Source of the DNA: Candidatus Marinacidobacterium sp.
GTDB taxonomy: Bacteria > Acidobacteriota > Vicinamibacteria > Marinacidobacterales > Marinacidobacteraceae
NCBI GenBank assembly: GCA_965220965.1
Contig: OZ244852.1
Location: 2,820,673-2,884,672, forward strand
Direction of reading: 5' to 3'
DNA: 64,000 nt
The notes under the pieces were generated by a model. It was not told where the DNA came from, did not search any database, and worked only from the letters and a program-made list of their open reading frames with translations. The stretch's first letter is position 1. Each line of letters starts with the position of its first letter. Position numbers and translations under genes: made by a program. This document shows positions 29,753-39,938 of the stretch, in pieces.

Positions 29753-32700
29753 TTAGCGGCCGATCACCCGGTACAGCGCCGGGATGACGAGCAGCGTCAG
29801 CGCGGTCGAAAGGAGCAGCCCGCCGATCACGGCGATGGCCATCGGGGCGCGCAGCTCGCTGCCCTCGCCGAGGCCGAGCGCCATCGGGAAGAGGCCCAGC
29901 ACGGTGGTGGAGGTCGTCATCAGGATCGGCCGGAGGCGGACCTTGCCCGCCTGGCGCAGCGCGTCCAGCTTCGCCGCGCCCGCCCGGCGGAGCCGGTTCG
30001 TGGTGTCGAGCAGCAGGATCGCGTTGTTCACCACGATGCCCGCCAGCATGATCACCCCGATGAGCACGACGACGCTCACCGTGACCCCGAACAGCCAGAG
30101 CGCGAGCACGACCCCGATCAGCGAGAACGGGACCGCGAACAGGATGACGAACGGGTGGAGCAGCGACTCGAACTGCGAGGCCATGACCAGATAGACCATG
30201 AACACCGCCAGCAGGATGGCGAACTGCATCGACTGGAACGAGGTCTCCATCTCCTCCTGCTGGCCGCCGAGCCGCCAGGTGAACCCCGCCGGAAGCGGCG
30301 CCTGGGACATCGAGGCCTCGATGTCCTGCGCCACGCTCCCCATGTCGCGGTCCACGATGTTCGCGGTGATCGTGGCCACCCGCTCGCCGTCGGAGCGGCG
30401 GATCTCGGCGGGCCCGGTGACCTCGCGGACCTCCGCCACCGCCGAGAGCGGGATCGCCGCCTCGCCGCCGTCGGCGATGTTCAGGTTCTCGAGGTCCACC
30501 ACGCTGTCGCGGAACGCCTCGTTCGACCGGAGCCGGATGTCGATCGAGCGATCCTCGCGCTGGATGTCGGTCGCCACGTCGCCGAGGACCTTCGAGCGGA
30601 TGAGCGCGCCCAACTGGTTCGTGGTCGCGCCGAGCGCCGCCACCCGGTCCCGGTCGAAGCGGACCTGGAGCTCGGGGTTGCCGCCCTCGGTGGAGGACTT
30701 CACGTCGGTGAGCCCGGGGATCGCCCGCAGCCGGGCGACGGCGTCATCGGCGGCGCGCTCGAGCAGGTTCAGGTTGAAGCCCCGGATCTCGAGTTCGACC
30801 GGCGTCCGGAAGCTGAAGTAGGACGGCCGGCCGAACAGGTAGAGCAGGTCCGGGTCCCCTTCGAGCTGCGGCCTCAGTTCCGCCATCGCCGCCTCTTCGG
30901 CTTCCCTCGACACCGGCGGGTCGAGGATCACGGTGAGCTGGCCGATGTTCTCCCGGAGCTCGCCGGCGACTCCTCCCTGCTGGCTGCTGGTGCCCACGAC
31001 CGCGTAGACGGTGCGCGCTCCCGGGATCGCCGCCGCCGCCTCCTCGAGCCGCTCCATCCGCCGGGAGTTCAGGTCGAGGTGGGTTCCGGGCGGGAGCTCG
31101 GTGTCCACGAAGAACTCGCCCTGGATCAGCTCGGGCACGAGTTCGGTGCCGAGCGAACTCACCAGGTAGCCCGCTCCCGCGAACAGCGAGAGCGCCAGCG
31201 TCCCCACCCGGAACGGATGCCGGAGCGCCGCGTCCAGGACCGGCGGGTACGCCTTCACGATCCCGTTGTAGACCAGGTTGAACAGCTTGCTCGGGAGCCA
31301 GAGGATGGCCTGGACGCTGACCCGCGCCGTCTTCCCGAGGAAGCCGCCCACCGCGAAGAAGGCGATCCCGACCGCGGCGATGGCCTTGCCGATCCAGCGT
31401 CCCGGCCGGGTCCGGAACGCGCCGGTGTCGGCCTTCGTCCGCCGCAGCTCGCGCGACGCGAGCATCGGGATCAGCGTCAGCGCCACGAGCAGCGAGACCG
31501 CGAGCGAGAACGTCACCGTCAGCGCCTGATCCCCGAACAACTGGCCGGCGATCCCCTCGACGAACACGATGGGCACGAAGACGCAGACCGTGGTCATCGT
31601 GCTGGCGATGACCGCCTGCCCGACCTCGGAGGTTCCGGCGCGCGCCGCGTCCACCAGGTTCAGGCCGTCCTGACGCTTCCGCTTGATCGCCTCCAGCACG
31701 ACGATCGAGTTGTCCACCAGCAACCCGATGCCGAGGGTGATGCCGCCGAGCGACATGATGTTCAGCGAGACCCCGGAGACGAACATCAGGAAGAAGGTCC
31801 CGATGACCGAGATCGGGATCGAGACCCCGATGATCAGCGTGGAGCGGAGCTCCCCGAGGAACAGGACGAGCACGAAGACCGCGAGCAGCCCGCCGAGGAC
31901 CGCCGTCTGGAGGACCTCGGAGACCGACTGCCGGATGTAGCGCGCCTGGTCGGTGACCAGCGTGAGCTCGAGGTCCTCGCCGACCTGGTCGAGCCGCGGC
32001 TCGAGCTCCTCCACCCGGGAAAGCACCTCGTCGGCGACGGTGACGGTGTTCGTCCCGCCTTCCTTGTAGACCGCGACCTCGATGGCCTCCCGGCCGTCGA
32101 TCCGGGAGATGACCTCCCGCTCCTTGGCGCCCCGGCGGATCGTCGCCACGTCGCCGAGCCGGATCACGGTCCGGGTGGCGTCCACCACGATGTCCCGCAT
32201 GTCCTCGGGCCGCTCGAACTCGTTGATCGTGCGGACCAGGTACTCGGTCCCGCCGTCGAGGAGCCGGCCGGCGGTCAGGTTCACGTTCTCCTGGCCCAGC
32301 CGGCTGACGACCTGGGTCACCGAGAGGCCGAGGTTCGCCGCCTTGCGCTCGTCGATCTCGACGTGGATCTCCTCTTCCAGCCCGCCGCTGATGAGCACCG
32401 CGGCCACGCCCTCGACGCGCTCGAGCGACCGCTGGATCTCCTGTTCGGCGATGAGCCGCAGCCGGATCAGGTCGTCGTTCCCGGTGAGGCCGAACCGCAG
32501 GATCGGGTCCAGCGAGGGGTCGAACCGGAGCAGCGTGGGGCGGGGGGCGTCGAGCGGGAGGTTCACGACGTCGAGACGCTCCCGGACGTCCAGCGCCGCC
32601 ATGTCCATGTCGGTCCCCCACCCGAACTCCAGCGTGACCTCGCTCAGGTCGGGGCGGGAGGAGGAGATGACCCGCACCACGTTGTTCACCACGCCCACCG

Positions 32701-32908
32701 CGTTCTCGATGGGGCGGGTGATCAGGTTCTCGATCTCCGAGGGCGCGGCGCCCTCGTAGTCGGTCTGGACGCTCAGCGAGGGGTAGGTGATGTCCGGGAG
32801 CAGGTCCACCGCGAGGCGCTGGAAACCCACCGCTCCGAAGACCACCACGGCGATGAACAGGACCAGCACGGTGACCGGTCGCCGGATCGAGAAATCGACG
32901 ATGCGCAA
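29753..32908 (-). CDS. RND efflux permease (AcrB/MdtB-like)
   Basis: SIRRPVTV, IGLLVDNSIVVLE, GIVVNNAILL, RLRPILMT. Confidence 0.95.
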   Translation of the reverse strand: MRIVDFSIRRPVTVLVLFIAVVVFGAVGFQRLAVDLLPDITYPSLSVQTDYEGAAPSEIENLITRPIENAVGVVNNVVRVISSSRPDLSEVTLEFGWGTDMDMAALDVRERLDVVNLPLDAPRPTLLRFDPSLDPILRFGLTGNDDLIRLRLIAEQEIQRSLERVEGVAAVLISGGLEEEIHVEIDERKAANLGLSVTQVVSRLGQENVNLTAGRLLDGGTEYLVRTINEFERPEDMRDIVVDATRTVIRLGDVATIRRGAKEREVISRIDGREAIEVAVYKEGGTNTVTVADEVLSRVEELEPRLDQVGEDLELTLVTDQARYIRQSVSEVLQTAVLGGLLAVFVLVLFLGELRSTLIIGVSIPISVIGTFFLMFVSGVSLNIMSLGGITLGIGLLVDNSIVVLEAIKRKRQDGLNLVDAARAGTSEVGQAVIASTMTTVCVFVPIVFVEGIAGQLFGDQALTVTFSLAVSLLVALTLIPMLASRELRRTKADTGAFRTRPGRWIGKAIAAVGIAFFAVGGFLGKTARVSVQAILWLPSKLFNLVYNGIVKAYPPVLDAALRHPFRVGTLALSLFAGAGYLVSSLGTELVPELIQGEFFVDTELPPGTHLDLNSRRMERLEEAAAAIPGARTVYAVVGTSSQQGGVAGELRENIGQLTVILDPPVSREAEEAAMAELRPQLEGDPDLLYLFGRPSYFSFRTPVELEIRGFNLNLLERAADDAVARLRAIPGLTDVKSSTEGGNPELQVRFDRDRVAALGATTNQLGALIRSKVLGDVATDIQREDRSIDIRLRSNEAFRDSVVDLENLNIADGGEAAIPLSAVAEVREVTGPAEIRRSDGERVATITANIVDRDMGSVAQDIEASMSQAPLPAGFTWRLGGQQEEMETSFQSMQFAILLAVFMVYLVMASQFESLLHPFVILFAVPFSLIGVVLALWLFGVTVSVVVLIGVIMLAGIVVNNAILLLDTTNRLRRAGAAKLDALRQAGKVRLRPILMTTSTTVLGLFPMALGLGEGSELRAPMAIAVIGGLLLSTALTLLVIPALYRVIGR

Positions 32909-32962
32909 TGCGGGAGGCTCCTTACGGGACCGTGACGGGCTGCCGGAGGGCTGTAGTGGGGA

Positions 32963-34702
32963 CTACGGCTGTCCGCCGCGACGGCGGGCGATGATCCGCT
33001 CGATCTCTTCCGGCGGCAGTCCCCGCTCCTCGAGGCGGGCGCGCAGCGCGGCCTCCGCCTCCGGGGTCAGTTCCCCCGCGCCGCCCGGCGGGCCGGCGCC
33101 CCATCCCTGCTCGATCCGCGCCGCGATCTGCTCTTCGGAGAGCCCCATCGAGCGCAGGCGCTCGCGGATCGCGTCCTGGGTCTCCGGCGGCAGGTCCTCG
33201 AAATCGGGAGCTCCGCCACCCCCGCCGGGGCCGCCTCCCGGCGGGCGTCCGGGCCTGGCGGCGGCCATCGGTCGGGCCGCCGGGGTCTCGGGTTCGGCGG
33301 CGGACGGGGCCGGGTCGGCTGGCGGCGACGCGCCCGCCGGGGCCTGCGAGGGCGGACCGCCGGGTCGCGCCGCCGGAGGAGCGCCTCCGGCCGCGGGACG
33401 ACCGGCGCCCGCCGGCCGGCCCGGAGGACCCCCACCCGCGCCGAAGCTGGCGATCCGCTCCTCGATCTGCTCGTCGCTCATGCCCCGCGCCCGCATCCGC
33501 TCGCGCATCGCTTCGAGGCGCGCCGGATCGGGAGCGGCGGCCGCCGCCGTGGTTCGGGGCGCCGCTTCCTCGGCCCCCGGTCCGGCGAAGATCTGGACCG
33601 GCGTCGCGTCGGTGAGCCCGTCCTGGCCCACCACGATCACCCGGTCGCCGGCGGCGAGCCCGCTCGTCACCTCGACCCGCTCCTCTTCCTCGTAGCCGAG
33701 GGTGATCGCGCGGCGGTTCGCGACGCCGTCCTCGACCACGAAGACCTCGTCGGCGAGGCTCTCGAGCGACAGCGCCCGCTTCGGCAGGATGAGCGCGTTC
33801 GTCTTCACGTCGGTCACGAGCCGCACGGTGGCGAACATCCCGGGGCTGAGGCGTCCCTGCCGGTTCACCTCGATCGTCACCCGGATGGTCCCGGTGGCGG
33901 CGTCCACCACCGGGCTGATCCGCAGCACCCGGCCCTGGAACTCTTCGCCGGGGAACGCCTCGACCTCGATAAACGCCTCCTGGCCGATGGAGAGCCGCGT
34001 CAGATCCCGCTCGGGGACGGCGATCTGGCACAGCAGCGGGTCGAAGTCGGAGATCCGGAACAGTCGCTGTCCGTTCGTGATCGTCTCGCCCTGCTTCACC
34101 GCCCGCTCGATGATGAGCCCGGCGAACGGCGCCTGGATCCGGGCGTAGCCGAGCAGGATCTCGTTGCCCTCGAGCTGGGCGGCGGCCGACTCGAGGGTGG
34201 ACAGCGCGGTGTCGTGGACCTCCTGGCTCACGACCTGGTTCTCCAGCGAGGCCTTGGCCCGGTCGTAGGCCACCTGCGCCTGGTTCAGCGCCACCCGGGA
34301 GATCTCGACCTGCGCCCGGAGCTCGGTCTCGTCGATCTGCGCGAGCACATCGCCCGCCCGGACATAGCGACCCTCCTCGGTGAGGATCTGGACCAGCGGG
34401 CCGCCGGTGCGGGCCACGATGTCCACCTCGCGCTCGGCCTCGAGCGTGCCGTTCGTCTCGATGAACGCCGCGATCTCGCCGAGCTCGACTTCGGCGACCT
34501 CGACCGGGACCGCGGTCGCCGGGCCGCCGCCCGGCCCGCCGGGGAAGCCGCCGCCGCCGGGAGGTCCTCCCGGACCCCCGCCGGGCCCACCCGGCGCGTC
34601 ATCGCCGCCGCAGCCGACGGCGGCGGCGGTGAACAGGAGGAGTGCGGCGCGCAGCGGAAGCGCTCCACGCAGCCGGAGGAGGATGGAAGTGGGTTGGCTC
34701 AT
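32963..34702 (-). CDS. RND periplasmic adaptor (MFP) lipoprotein with long repetitive C-terminal tail
   Basis: Lipobox AVGC; EEGRYVRAGDVLA; IQAPFAG; ISPVVDAATGT; LSPGMF; GLAAGDRVIVVG. Confidence 0.93.
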   Translation of the reverse strand: MSQPTSILLRLRGALPLRAALLLFTAAAVGCGGDDAPGGPGGGPGGPPGGGGFPGGPGGGPATAVPVEVAEVELGEIAAFIETNGTLEAEREVDIVARTGGPLVQILTEEGRYVRAGDVLAQIDETELRAQVEISRVALNQAQVAYDRAKASLENQVVSQEVHDTALSTLESAAAQLEGNEILLGYARIQAPFAGLIIERAVKQGETITNGQRLFRISDFDPLLCQIAVPERDLTRLSIGQEAFIEVEAFPGEEFQGRVLRISPVVDAATGTIRVTIEVNRQGRLSPGMFATVRLVTDVKTNALILPKRALSLESLADEVFVVEDGVANRRAITLGYEEEERVEVTSGLAAGDRVIVVGQDGLTDATPVQIFAGPGAEEAAPRTTAAAAAPDPARLEAMRERMRARGMSDEQIEERIASFGAGGGPPGRPAGAGRPAAGGAPPAARPGGPPSQAPAGASPPADPAPSAAEPETPAARPMAAARPGRPPGGGPGGGGGAPDFEDLPPETQDAIRERLRSMGLSEEQIAARIEQGWGAGPPGGAGELTPEAEAALRARLEERGLPPEEIERIIARRRGGQP

Positions 34703-34730
34703 CGAAGGACGGAGGGGGGTGTGGCCCGCG

Positions 34731-37700
34731 TCAGCGGGGCAGCAGGGTCGTGACCGCGGCCGCCGCCGGAGCGGGGAGCGGCCGGTTCGGACCCGCCGCG
34801 TCAGGCGGCGGCGCCGGGCCATCGGAGGAGGCGGTCTTCGGGGCGGTGGTGAACGGCCAGAGCAACCGCTTGAGGTCGTCGGTCACCGCGTAGATCGTCG
34901 GGACCAGCAACAGGGTGAGGATCGTGGAGGTCGGAAGTCCGCCGGCGAGCACCAGCCCGATCGGCGCCCAGCTCCCCGCCCGTCCGTCGACCGTCCCGAA
35001 CAGTCCGGGCAGGAAGTAGGGGGCGGCCAGCGGCATGAGACCGAAGAAGGTCGTCAGCGCCGTCATCATGACCGGCCGCAGCCGGTGCTCGCTCCCGACG
35101 ATCAGGGCCTCGTCCCGGGAGAGCCCGGTCTTCCGCAGCGCGTTCACGTGGGCGATCAGCACGATCGCGTTGTTCACCACGATGCCGGCGAGCAATACCA
35201 GGCCGAGCATCGCCGTGTTGTCGAGCGTCTGCCCGGTCAGGTTCAGCGTGACCGCCACCCCGATGAACGAGAACGGGATGGCGAACATGATGACCGCCGG
35301 GTGGATGAAGCTCTCGAACAGCGCCACCATGATCAGGTAGATCAGCAGCAGCGCGAAGGCGAAGGCGAACCCGGCGGCCGAGAAGTCGGACTGCCCCATC
35401 CGGGTCCACCGGTCGAAGCTCCACTCGTATCCGGGCGGCAGCGGGATCTGGCCCAGTTCCTCCTGGACCTGACCCATGAGCCGGAACGAAGCCCCCGGCG
35501 TCGTGGTGTTCGCGGTGATGGACAGCTTGGGGCGGCGGTCCTCCCGCTCGATGCTCCGGGGCCCCTTGGTGGTCTCGAAGTCCGCCATCGCTCCGATCGG
35601 GACCTGTCCGGCGGAGGCGAACACCGGCATCCGCCGGAGGTGGTCCAGCCGTTCGCGCTCCTCCTCGGGGTACTGGACCACGATGTCCACTTCCCGCCGG
35701 TCGCTCTCGATCTGGCCCACCGGACGCGAGGTCAGCGCGCTGCGGACGCTCTGCGCCACCGCGTTCGTGGTCACCCCGGTGGCCAGCGCCCGGTCCGGCA
35801 GGACGCTCACGTGGAGTTCCTCGGAACCGCTTTCGAGCGAGGTGTCCACGTCCCGGATCCAGTCGAGTTGCGACAGGGTCTCGACCACGCGCCCCGAGAC
35901 GAGCTCGAGCACGGCCATGTCGTCTCCCTTCAGGTCGACGCTGATCCCGCCCCGGCTGCCGGGCCCGCGGCCGCGGGACTGGCCGATCCGGTAGTTCACC
36001 CCAACGATCTCGGGCAGCATGTCCCGGATCTCGTCAGTGATCTCGGCGACGCTTCGCTCCGCCTCGTCCTCGTCCACCAGGTAGATGTCGAACCGCCGGC
36101 CGCCGCCGTCGAAGCCCCCTCGCCGCGAGCGTCCGCCGCCGCGGCCGAACTCGTAGACCACGTCCGCGACCTCGAGCTCCTCGCGCCGCTCGTCGATCAG
36201 TCCCGCCACCGTCTCCATGACCTCGCGGGTCTCGTCGATCGTGTAGGCGCGGGGCACATCGACCCGCACCGTCACCTGGCGTTCCACCGAAGGCGAGAAC
36301 GGCGATCGCTCGACGTCCCCGTAGAGCTGGTAGGCGAGACCGAGGAACCCGAGCGCCACGAGCAGCGAGACGCCGCGGTGCTGGAGCGTCCACCGGATCG
36401 TTCGTCCGTGGTAGCGCGACAGGATCTGCATCGTGCGCGAGTAGGCCCGCCGCTCGTTTCGCAGGACGACGCCCGCCATCATCGGCACCACGGTGAGCGC
36501 GACCATGAGCGAGGCCACGATCACGATGCTCAGCGTGAGCCCGAAGTCGATGAAGATCCGGAAGAACCCTCCGATCGACGTCCCGAGGAAGATGAGCGGG
36601 ATGAACACGCACATCGTGGTGGCGGCGCCCGCCAGGATCGGCATGGTCACCGCCGAGGCGCCCTGGATGGCGGCCGTCTTCGAGTCCTGCCGGTGTTCCG
36701 TGAAGTAGCGGGAGATCGAGTCGATGACCACGATCGCCGGGTCGGCGAGCATCCCCACCGCCACCATGAGCCCGAACATGCTGATCACGTTGAGCGTCGT
36801 GTCGATCAGTCCGGCGGTGCGGCCCAGGTAGAGGATCACGAAGGTCGTGATGATCGAGAGCGGGATCGCCACCGCCACCAGCAGCGTGGTGCGCACCTTC
36901 TGCAGGAAGAGCAGCAGGATGAGCATCGCCAGCCCGCCGCCGAACAGCCCCGCGGTTGTGAGCTGGGACAGCCCGCCCCGGACATCCACCGAGGAGTCCT
37001 GGATGTAACGGACCTCGATGTCCCCGTAGCGCGGCTCGGCGGCGAGCGCGGCCATCTCCTCCTTCACCGCGTCGGCGGCCTGGACCACGTTCCCGGTGGA
37101 CGCCTTGTAGATCCGGAAGGTGACCGATTCGGCCCCGTTCAGGTAGTCGAACGAGGTCTGCAGCGGGTAGTCGTAGGTGACGTCGGCCACGTCCCGGACG
37201 CGGAGCCCGGTCGTCCCGATCGGGGTCTCACGGAGGTCTTCCGGCCGCTGGAACTCGCCCACCGTCCGGACGAGCAGCTTCCGCGACCCGTCTTCGATCG
37301 TCCCTCCGGAGACGTTCAGGTTGTTCGCCGAGAGCGCCTGGGAGACTTCGCGGACATCCACCTGCATCGCGGCCATCCGCTGGGGGTCGAGGACGACCTT
37401 CAGCTCGCGCCGGCGGACGCCGCGCAGGCTCACGCTGGCGACTCCCTCGAGCCGCTCGAGGCGGGGGAGGACGATGTCCTCGGAGAACGCGTAGAGATCC
37501 TCCCGGTCCCACGGCGCGCCGAGGTGGAACTGGAGGATGGGGATGTCGGTGCTCTGGAACCTCCGGATGCGGATGCGCTCCACATCGTCGGGAAGGAGGT
37601 GCCGGATGCGGTCCACCCGGTCCCGCGCCTCGACGATCATCAGGTCCATGTCGGCGTCTTCTTCGAACTCGACGCTGACGTTGCCGCTGTTGGCGTTCGC

Positions 37701-38039
37701 GGTGGCGGTCAGGGAGGTGATGCCGGGGATCGTCCCCATGCTCTCCTCGAGCGGCCGCACGATGAGGCGCTCTGTCTCCTCCGGCGAGGAGGAGTCGTAG
37801 TTGACGCTCACCCACAGGCTGTTCGATCCGAAGGACGGCAGGAACTCGAGCGGCAGGCGGGTCAGCGAGACGTAGCCGAGCACCACGAGTCCGGCCGCGA
37901 TCATGCTGATCGTGACCTTGCGGTGGACCGCGAAGCGGGCCAGGCCGCCGCCTCCGCCGGTCGGCCGGCTTCCGCCGGCGTCCGGGCCGGGGTTCTCCGT
38001 CCGAGGGGTCTCGGGGTTCGCGTTGTCGCTCGTCGTCAT
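34731..38039 (-). CDS. RND efflux permease (second subunit)
   Basis: VRPLEESM, GMLADPAIVVID, GIVVNNAIVL, RLRPVMMT. Confidence 0.95.
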   Translation of the reverse strand: MTTSDNANPETPRTENPGPDAGGSRPTGGGGGLARFAVHRKVTISMIAAGLVVLGYVSLTRLPLEFLPSFGSNSLWVSVNYDSSSPEETERLIVRPLEESMGTIPGITSLTATANANSGNVSVEFEEDADMDLMIVEARDRVDRIRHLLPDDVERIRIRRFQSTDIPILQFHLGAPWDREDLYAFSEDIVLPRLERLEGVASVSLRGVRRRELKVVLDPQRMAAMQVDVREVSQALSANNLNVSGGTIEDGSRKLLVRTVGEFQRPEDLRETPIGTTGLRVRDVADVTYDYPLQTSFDYLNGAESVTFRIYKASTGNVVQAADAVKEEMAALAAEPRYGDIEVRYIQDSSVDVRGGLSQLTTAGLFGGGLAMLILLLFLQKVRTTLLVAVAIPLSIITTFVILYLGRTAGLIDTTLNVISMFGLMVAVGMLADPAIVVIDSISRYFTEHRQDSKTAAIQGASAVTMPILAGAATTMCVFIPLIFLGTSIGGFFRIFIDFGLTLSIVIVASLMVALTVVPMMAGVVLRNERRAYSRTMQILSRYHGRTIRWTLQHRGVSLLVALGFLGLAYQLYGDVERSPFSPSVERQVTVRVDVPRAYTIDETREVMETVAGLIDERREELEVADVVYEFGRGGGRSRRGGFDGGGRRFDIYLVDEDEAERSVAEITDEIRDMLPEIVGVNYRIGQSRGRGPGSRGGISVDLKGDDMAVLELVSGRVVETLSQLDWIRDVDTSLESGSEELHVSVLPDRALATGVTTNAVAQSVRSALTSRPVGQIESDRREVDIVVQYPEEERERLDHLRRMPVFASAGQVPIGAMADFETTKGPRSIEREDRRPKLSITANTTTPGASFRLMGQVQEELGQIPLPPGYEWSFDRWTRMGQSDFSAAGFAFAFALLLIYLIMVALFESFIHPAVIMFAIPFSFIGVAVTLNLTGQTLDNTAMLGLVLLAGIVVNNAIVLIAHVNALRKTGLSRDEALIVGSEHRLRPVMMTALTTFFGLMPLAAPYFLPGLFGTVDGRAGSWAPIGLVLAGGLPTSTILTLLLVPTIYAVTDDLKRLLWPFTTAPKTASSDGPAPPPDAAGPNRPLPAPAAAAVTTLLPR

Positions 38040-38088
38040 GGGGAGACTCCCGGGTGGGGCGTGGAAGGGTTCCGTCGGGTCGGGACGT

Positions 38089-38661
38089 TCATCGGAGGGC
38101 TCCTCCGGGCGGGCCACCCTGCCGCTCCGGAGGCGGAGGCGGAGGGGGTGGGGGCGGCGCAGCGGGCGCGTCCGGGGAATCGGCCCCGAACCCGAGCGCG
38201 TCGAAGGCCTCGCGCTGCTCGTCGTTCAGCATGTCGCGGATCTGCCCCCGGAAACGTAGCCGCAGCTCCCGGTACCGCTCGCGCGTCTCTTCCCAGAACG
38301 TTGAAGCCTCGGCTCTGTTCCGTTCGAGGAACTCGGCGAGGAGCGCGCGCTGGCTTTCGTCGAGATCCAGCGAGGTCTCGAGCTGCTCGCGGAACCGCTG
38401 CGCCCGGTCGTCGCCCCCGCGGCTGCGCCCCCGGCTCTCGCGGTCGGCGTCACCGCGGCTGCGGCCGCGGCTCCGGCCTTCGCGGTCGGCGTCGCGATCG
38501 CGGCGCTCCGCCGCCGCGTCGCGGTCGCGGAACCGGGGGCCGCGCCGGCCATCCAGCAGCGAACTCGCGAGGACGCCGCCGGCGAGGCCGGCGACGAACG
38601 CCAGCAGCAGGCTGAACCGGCGCCAGCGGCCGTTGGCGCCCGGGGAAGTCGTCTCCGTCAT
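38089..38661 (-). CDS. Membrane-anchored periplasmic helical protein (Spy/CpxP/heavy-metal-sensor-like)
   Basis: N-terminal TM; LDLDESQR ... IRDMLNDEQREAF (LTxxQ-like motifs). Confidence 0.7.
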   Translation of the reverse strand: MTETTSPGANGRWRRFSLLLAFVAGLAGGVLASSLLDGRRGPRFRDRDAAAERRDRDADREGRSRGRSRGDADRESRGRSRGGDDRAQRFREQLETSLDLDESQRALLAEFLERNRAEASTFWEETRERYRELRLRFRGQIRDMLNDEQREAFDALGFGADSPDAPAAPPPPPPPPPPERQGGPPGGALR

Positions 38662-38673
38662 GGGAACTCCAGG

Positions 38674-39222
38674 TCAGCGACCGGGGTCGAAACCGCCCAG
38701 CGACGAACCGAGGGCGATCCGGAGCACCGGTTCGAGCGTCCCATCGCCGGAGGTCGCCGGGTTCACGTCGCCCTCGCCGGGGTCCGCGCCGAGGATCTCG
38801 TCCTCGAGCGCCAGCAGGGACTCCGCCGGGGCGGGGAGTTCCGCGCTGGCGGGAACGCTCCCCTCGGGAGCGCCGGCGTCCGGGGCGGTGAGCAGGCTGA
38901 CCGCCGCGGCCGCGAGCAGGACCGCCGCCGCGCCGGCGAGCCGCAGCCCGAGCTGACGCCAGGTCCAGCGCGGGAAGACCGACAGCGCTTCCCGCCGCGC
39001 CCGGAACCGGACGACGAAGCCCGGGTCCGGATCGGTCGGCGTCCGGAGAAACCGCGAGACGTCCCGGATCCGCTCGCGCGCCGAAGCTGCGTCCGGGTCG
39101 GAGGCGAGCCGGTCCTGGACGGCTTCGGAGGCGGACGGTTCGAGTTCGCCGTCGAAGTGCGCCGAGAGCTCCTCGGAAAACGCCCCGGATGCGACCCGGC
39201 CCCGCGCGCGCTGCCCGGTCAT
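38674..39222 (-). CDS. Putative anti-sigma factor
   Basis: ELSAHFDGEL, central TM; ATGA overlap with the sigma gene. Confidence 0.75.
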   Translation of the reverse strand: MTGQRARGRVASGAFSEELSAHFDGELEPSASEAVQDRLASDPDAASARERIRDVSRFLRTPTDPDPGFVVRFRARREALSVFPRWTWRQLGLRLAGAAAVLLAAAAVSLLTAPDAGAPEGSVPASAELPAPAESLLALEDEILGADPGEGDVNPATSGDGTLEPVLRIALGSSLGGFDPGR

Positions 39223-39887
39223 CGTCCGGTCCTCCGGGAGAGCACCTCGGCGAGCCGGAGCCGCGCCCGGTGGATCCGCGACTGCACCGTCCCGAGCGGG
39301 ACGCCGCTGGATGCCGAAATCTCGCGATAGGTCATGCCGGCCACTTCCTTGAGAACGAGCGCCTCCCGTTCCGCGGGAGGGAGGCTGCGGAGCGCCGACT
39401 CCATCTCGGCGCGGATCCCGAGCGAGGCGGCCTCGTCGTACGAGGCGCCATCGAAACTCTCCGGACCGGTCGCGGCCGCCGGGCGGACGGCCTCGGCGAG
39501 CCGCCGGCGACGCTCGGCCTTGCGGATCCGGTCGTGGGCGCAGCGGACCGCGATCCGGCACAGCCAGGCCGCCACCGGCCCTTCGTCCCGGTACGAGCCG
39601 GCCCGGCGAAAGGCGCGCAGGAAGGCGTCCTGGGCGGCGTCTTCCGCCCCCGCCGGGTCGCGCAGGACCGCGAGCGCGACGGCCCGGACCCGCCCTTCGG
39701 TGCGGCGGACGAGCTCATCGAAGGCGGCCACATCGCCCTGCTCACGGAATCGCCGCAGGAGCTCCCGCTCCTCGCGGTTCTCGGCGGCGCGTTGCTCATG
39801 GCGTCGGGACTCTTCGGTGGCGGAGTCGCGGGCTCGCTTCCCTCCGGCTGCGGAGGGGTCCGAGGAACCCATCGAACTCTCGCTCAC
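39219..39887 (-). CDS. ECF RNA polymerase sigma factor
   Basis: AEDAAQDAFLRA, WLCRIA, GMTYREI...VPLGTVQSRIHRAR. Confidence 0.93.
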   Translation of the reverse strand: MSESSMGSSDPSAAGGKRARDSATEESRRHEQRAAENREERELLRRFREQGDVAAFDELVRRTEGRVRAVALAVLRDPAGAEDAAQDAFLRAFRRAGSYRDEGPVAAWLCRIAVRCAHDRIRKAERRRRLAEAVRPAAATGPESFDGASYDEAASLGIRAEMESALRSLPPAEREALVLKEVAGMTYREISASSGVPLGTVQSRIHRARLRLAEVLSRRTGR

Positions 39888-39938
39888 AAGACGCCCGGCG
39901 CCGGGCCGCCTGTTCGCGCCGAAGCGCGAATCTGAATC

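Noticed and set aside
28511-38615. Very long plus-strand ORFs (1474 aa and 1411 aa; likewise 1129 aa at 11308-14697)
   Set aside because: These are antisense shadows of high-GC3 genes (RND permeases, TonB receptor) and carry no protein motifs.
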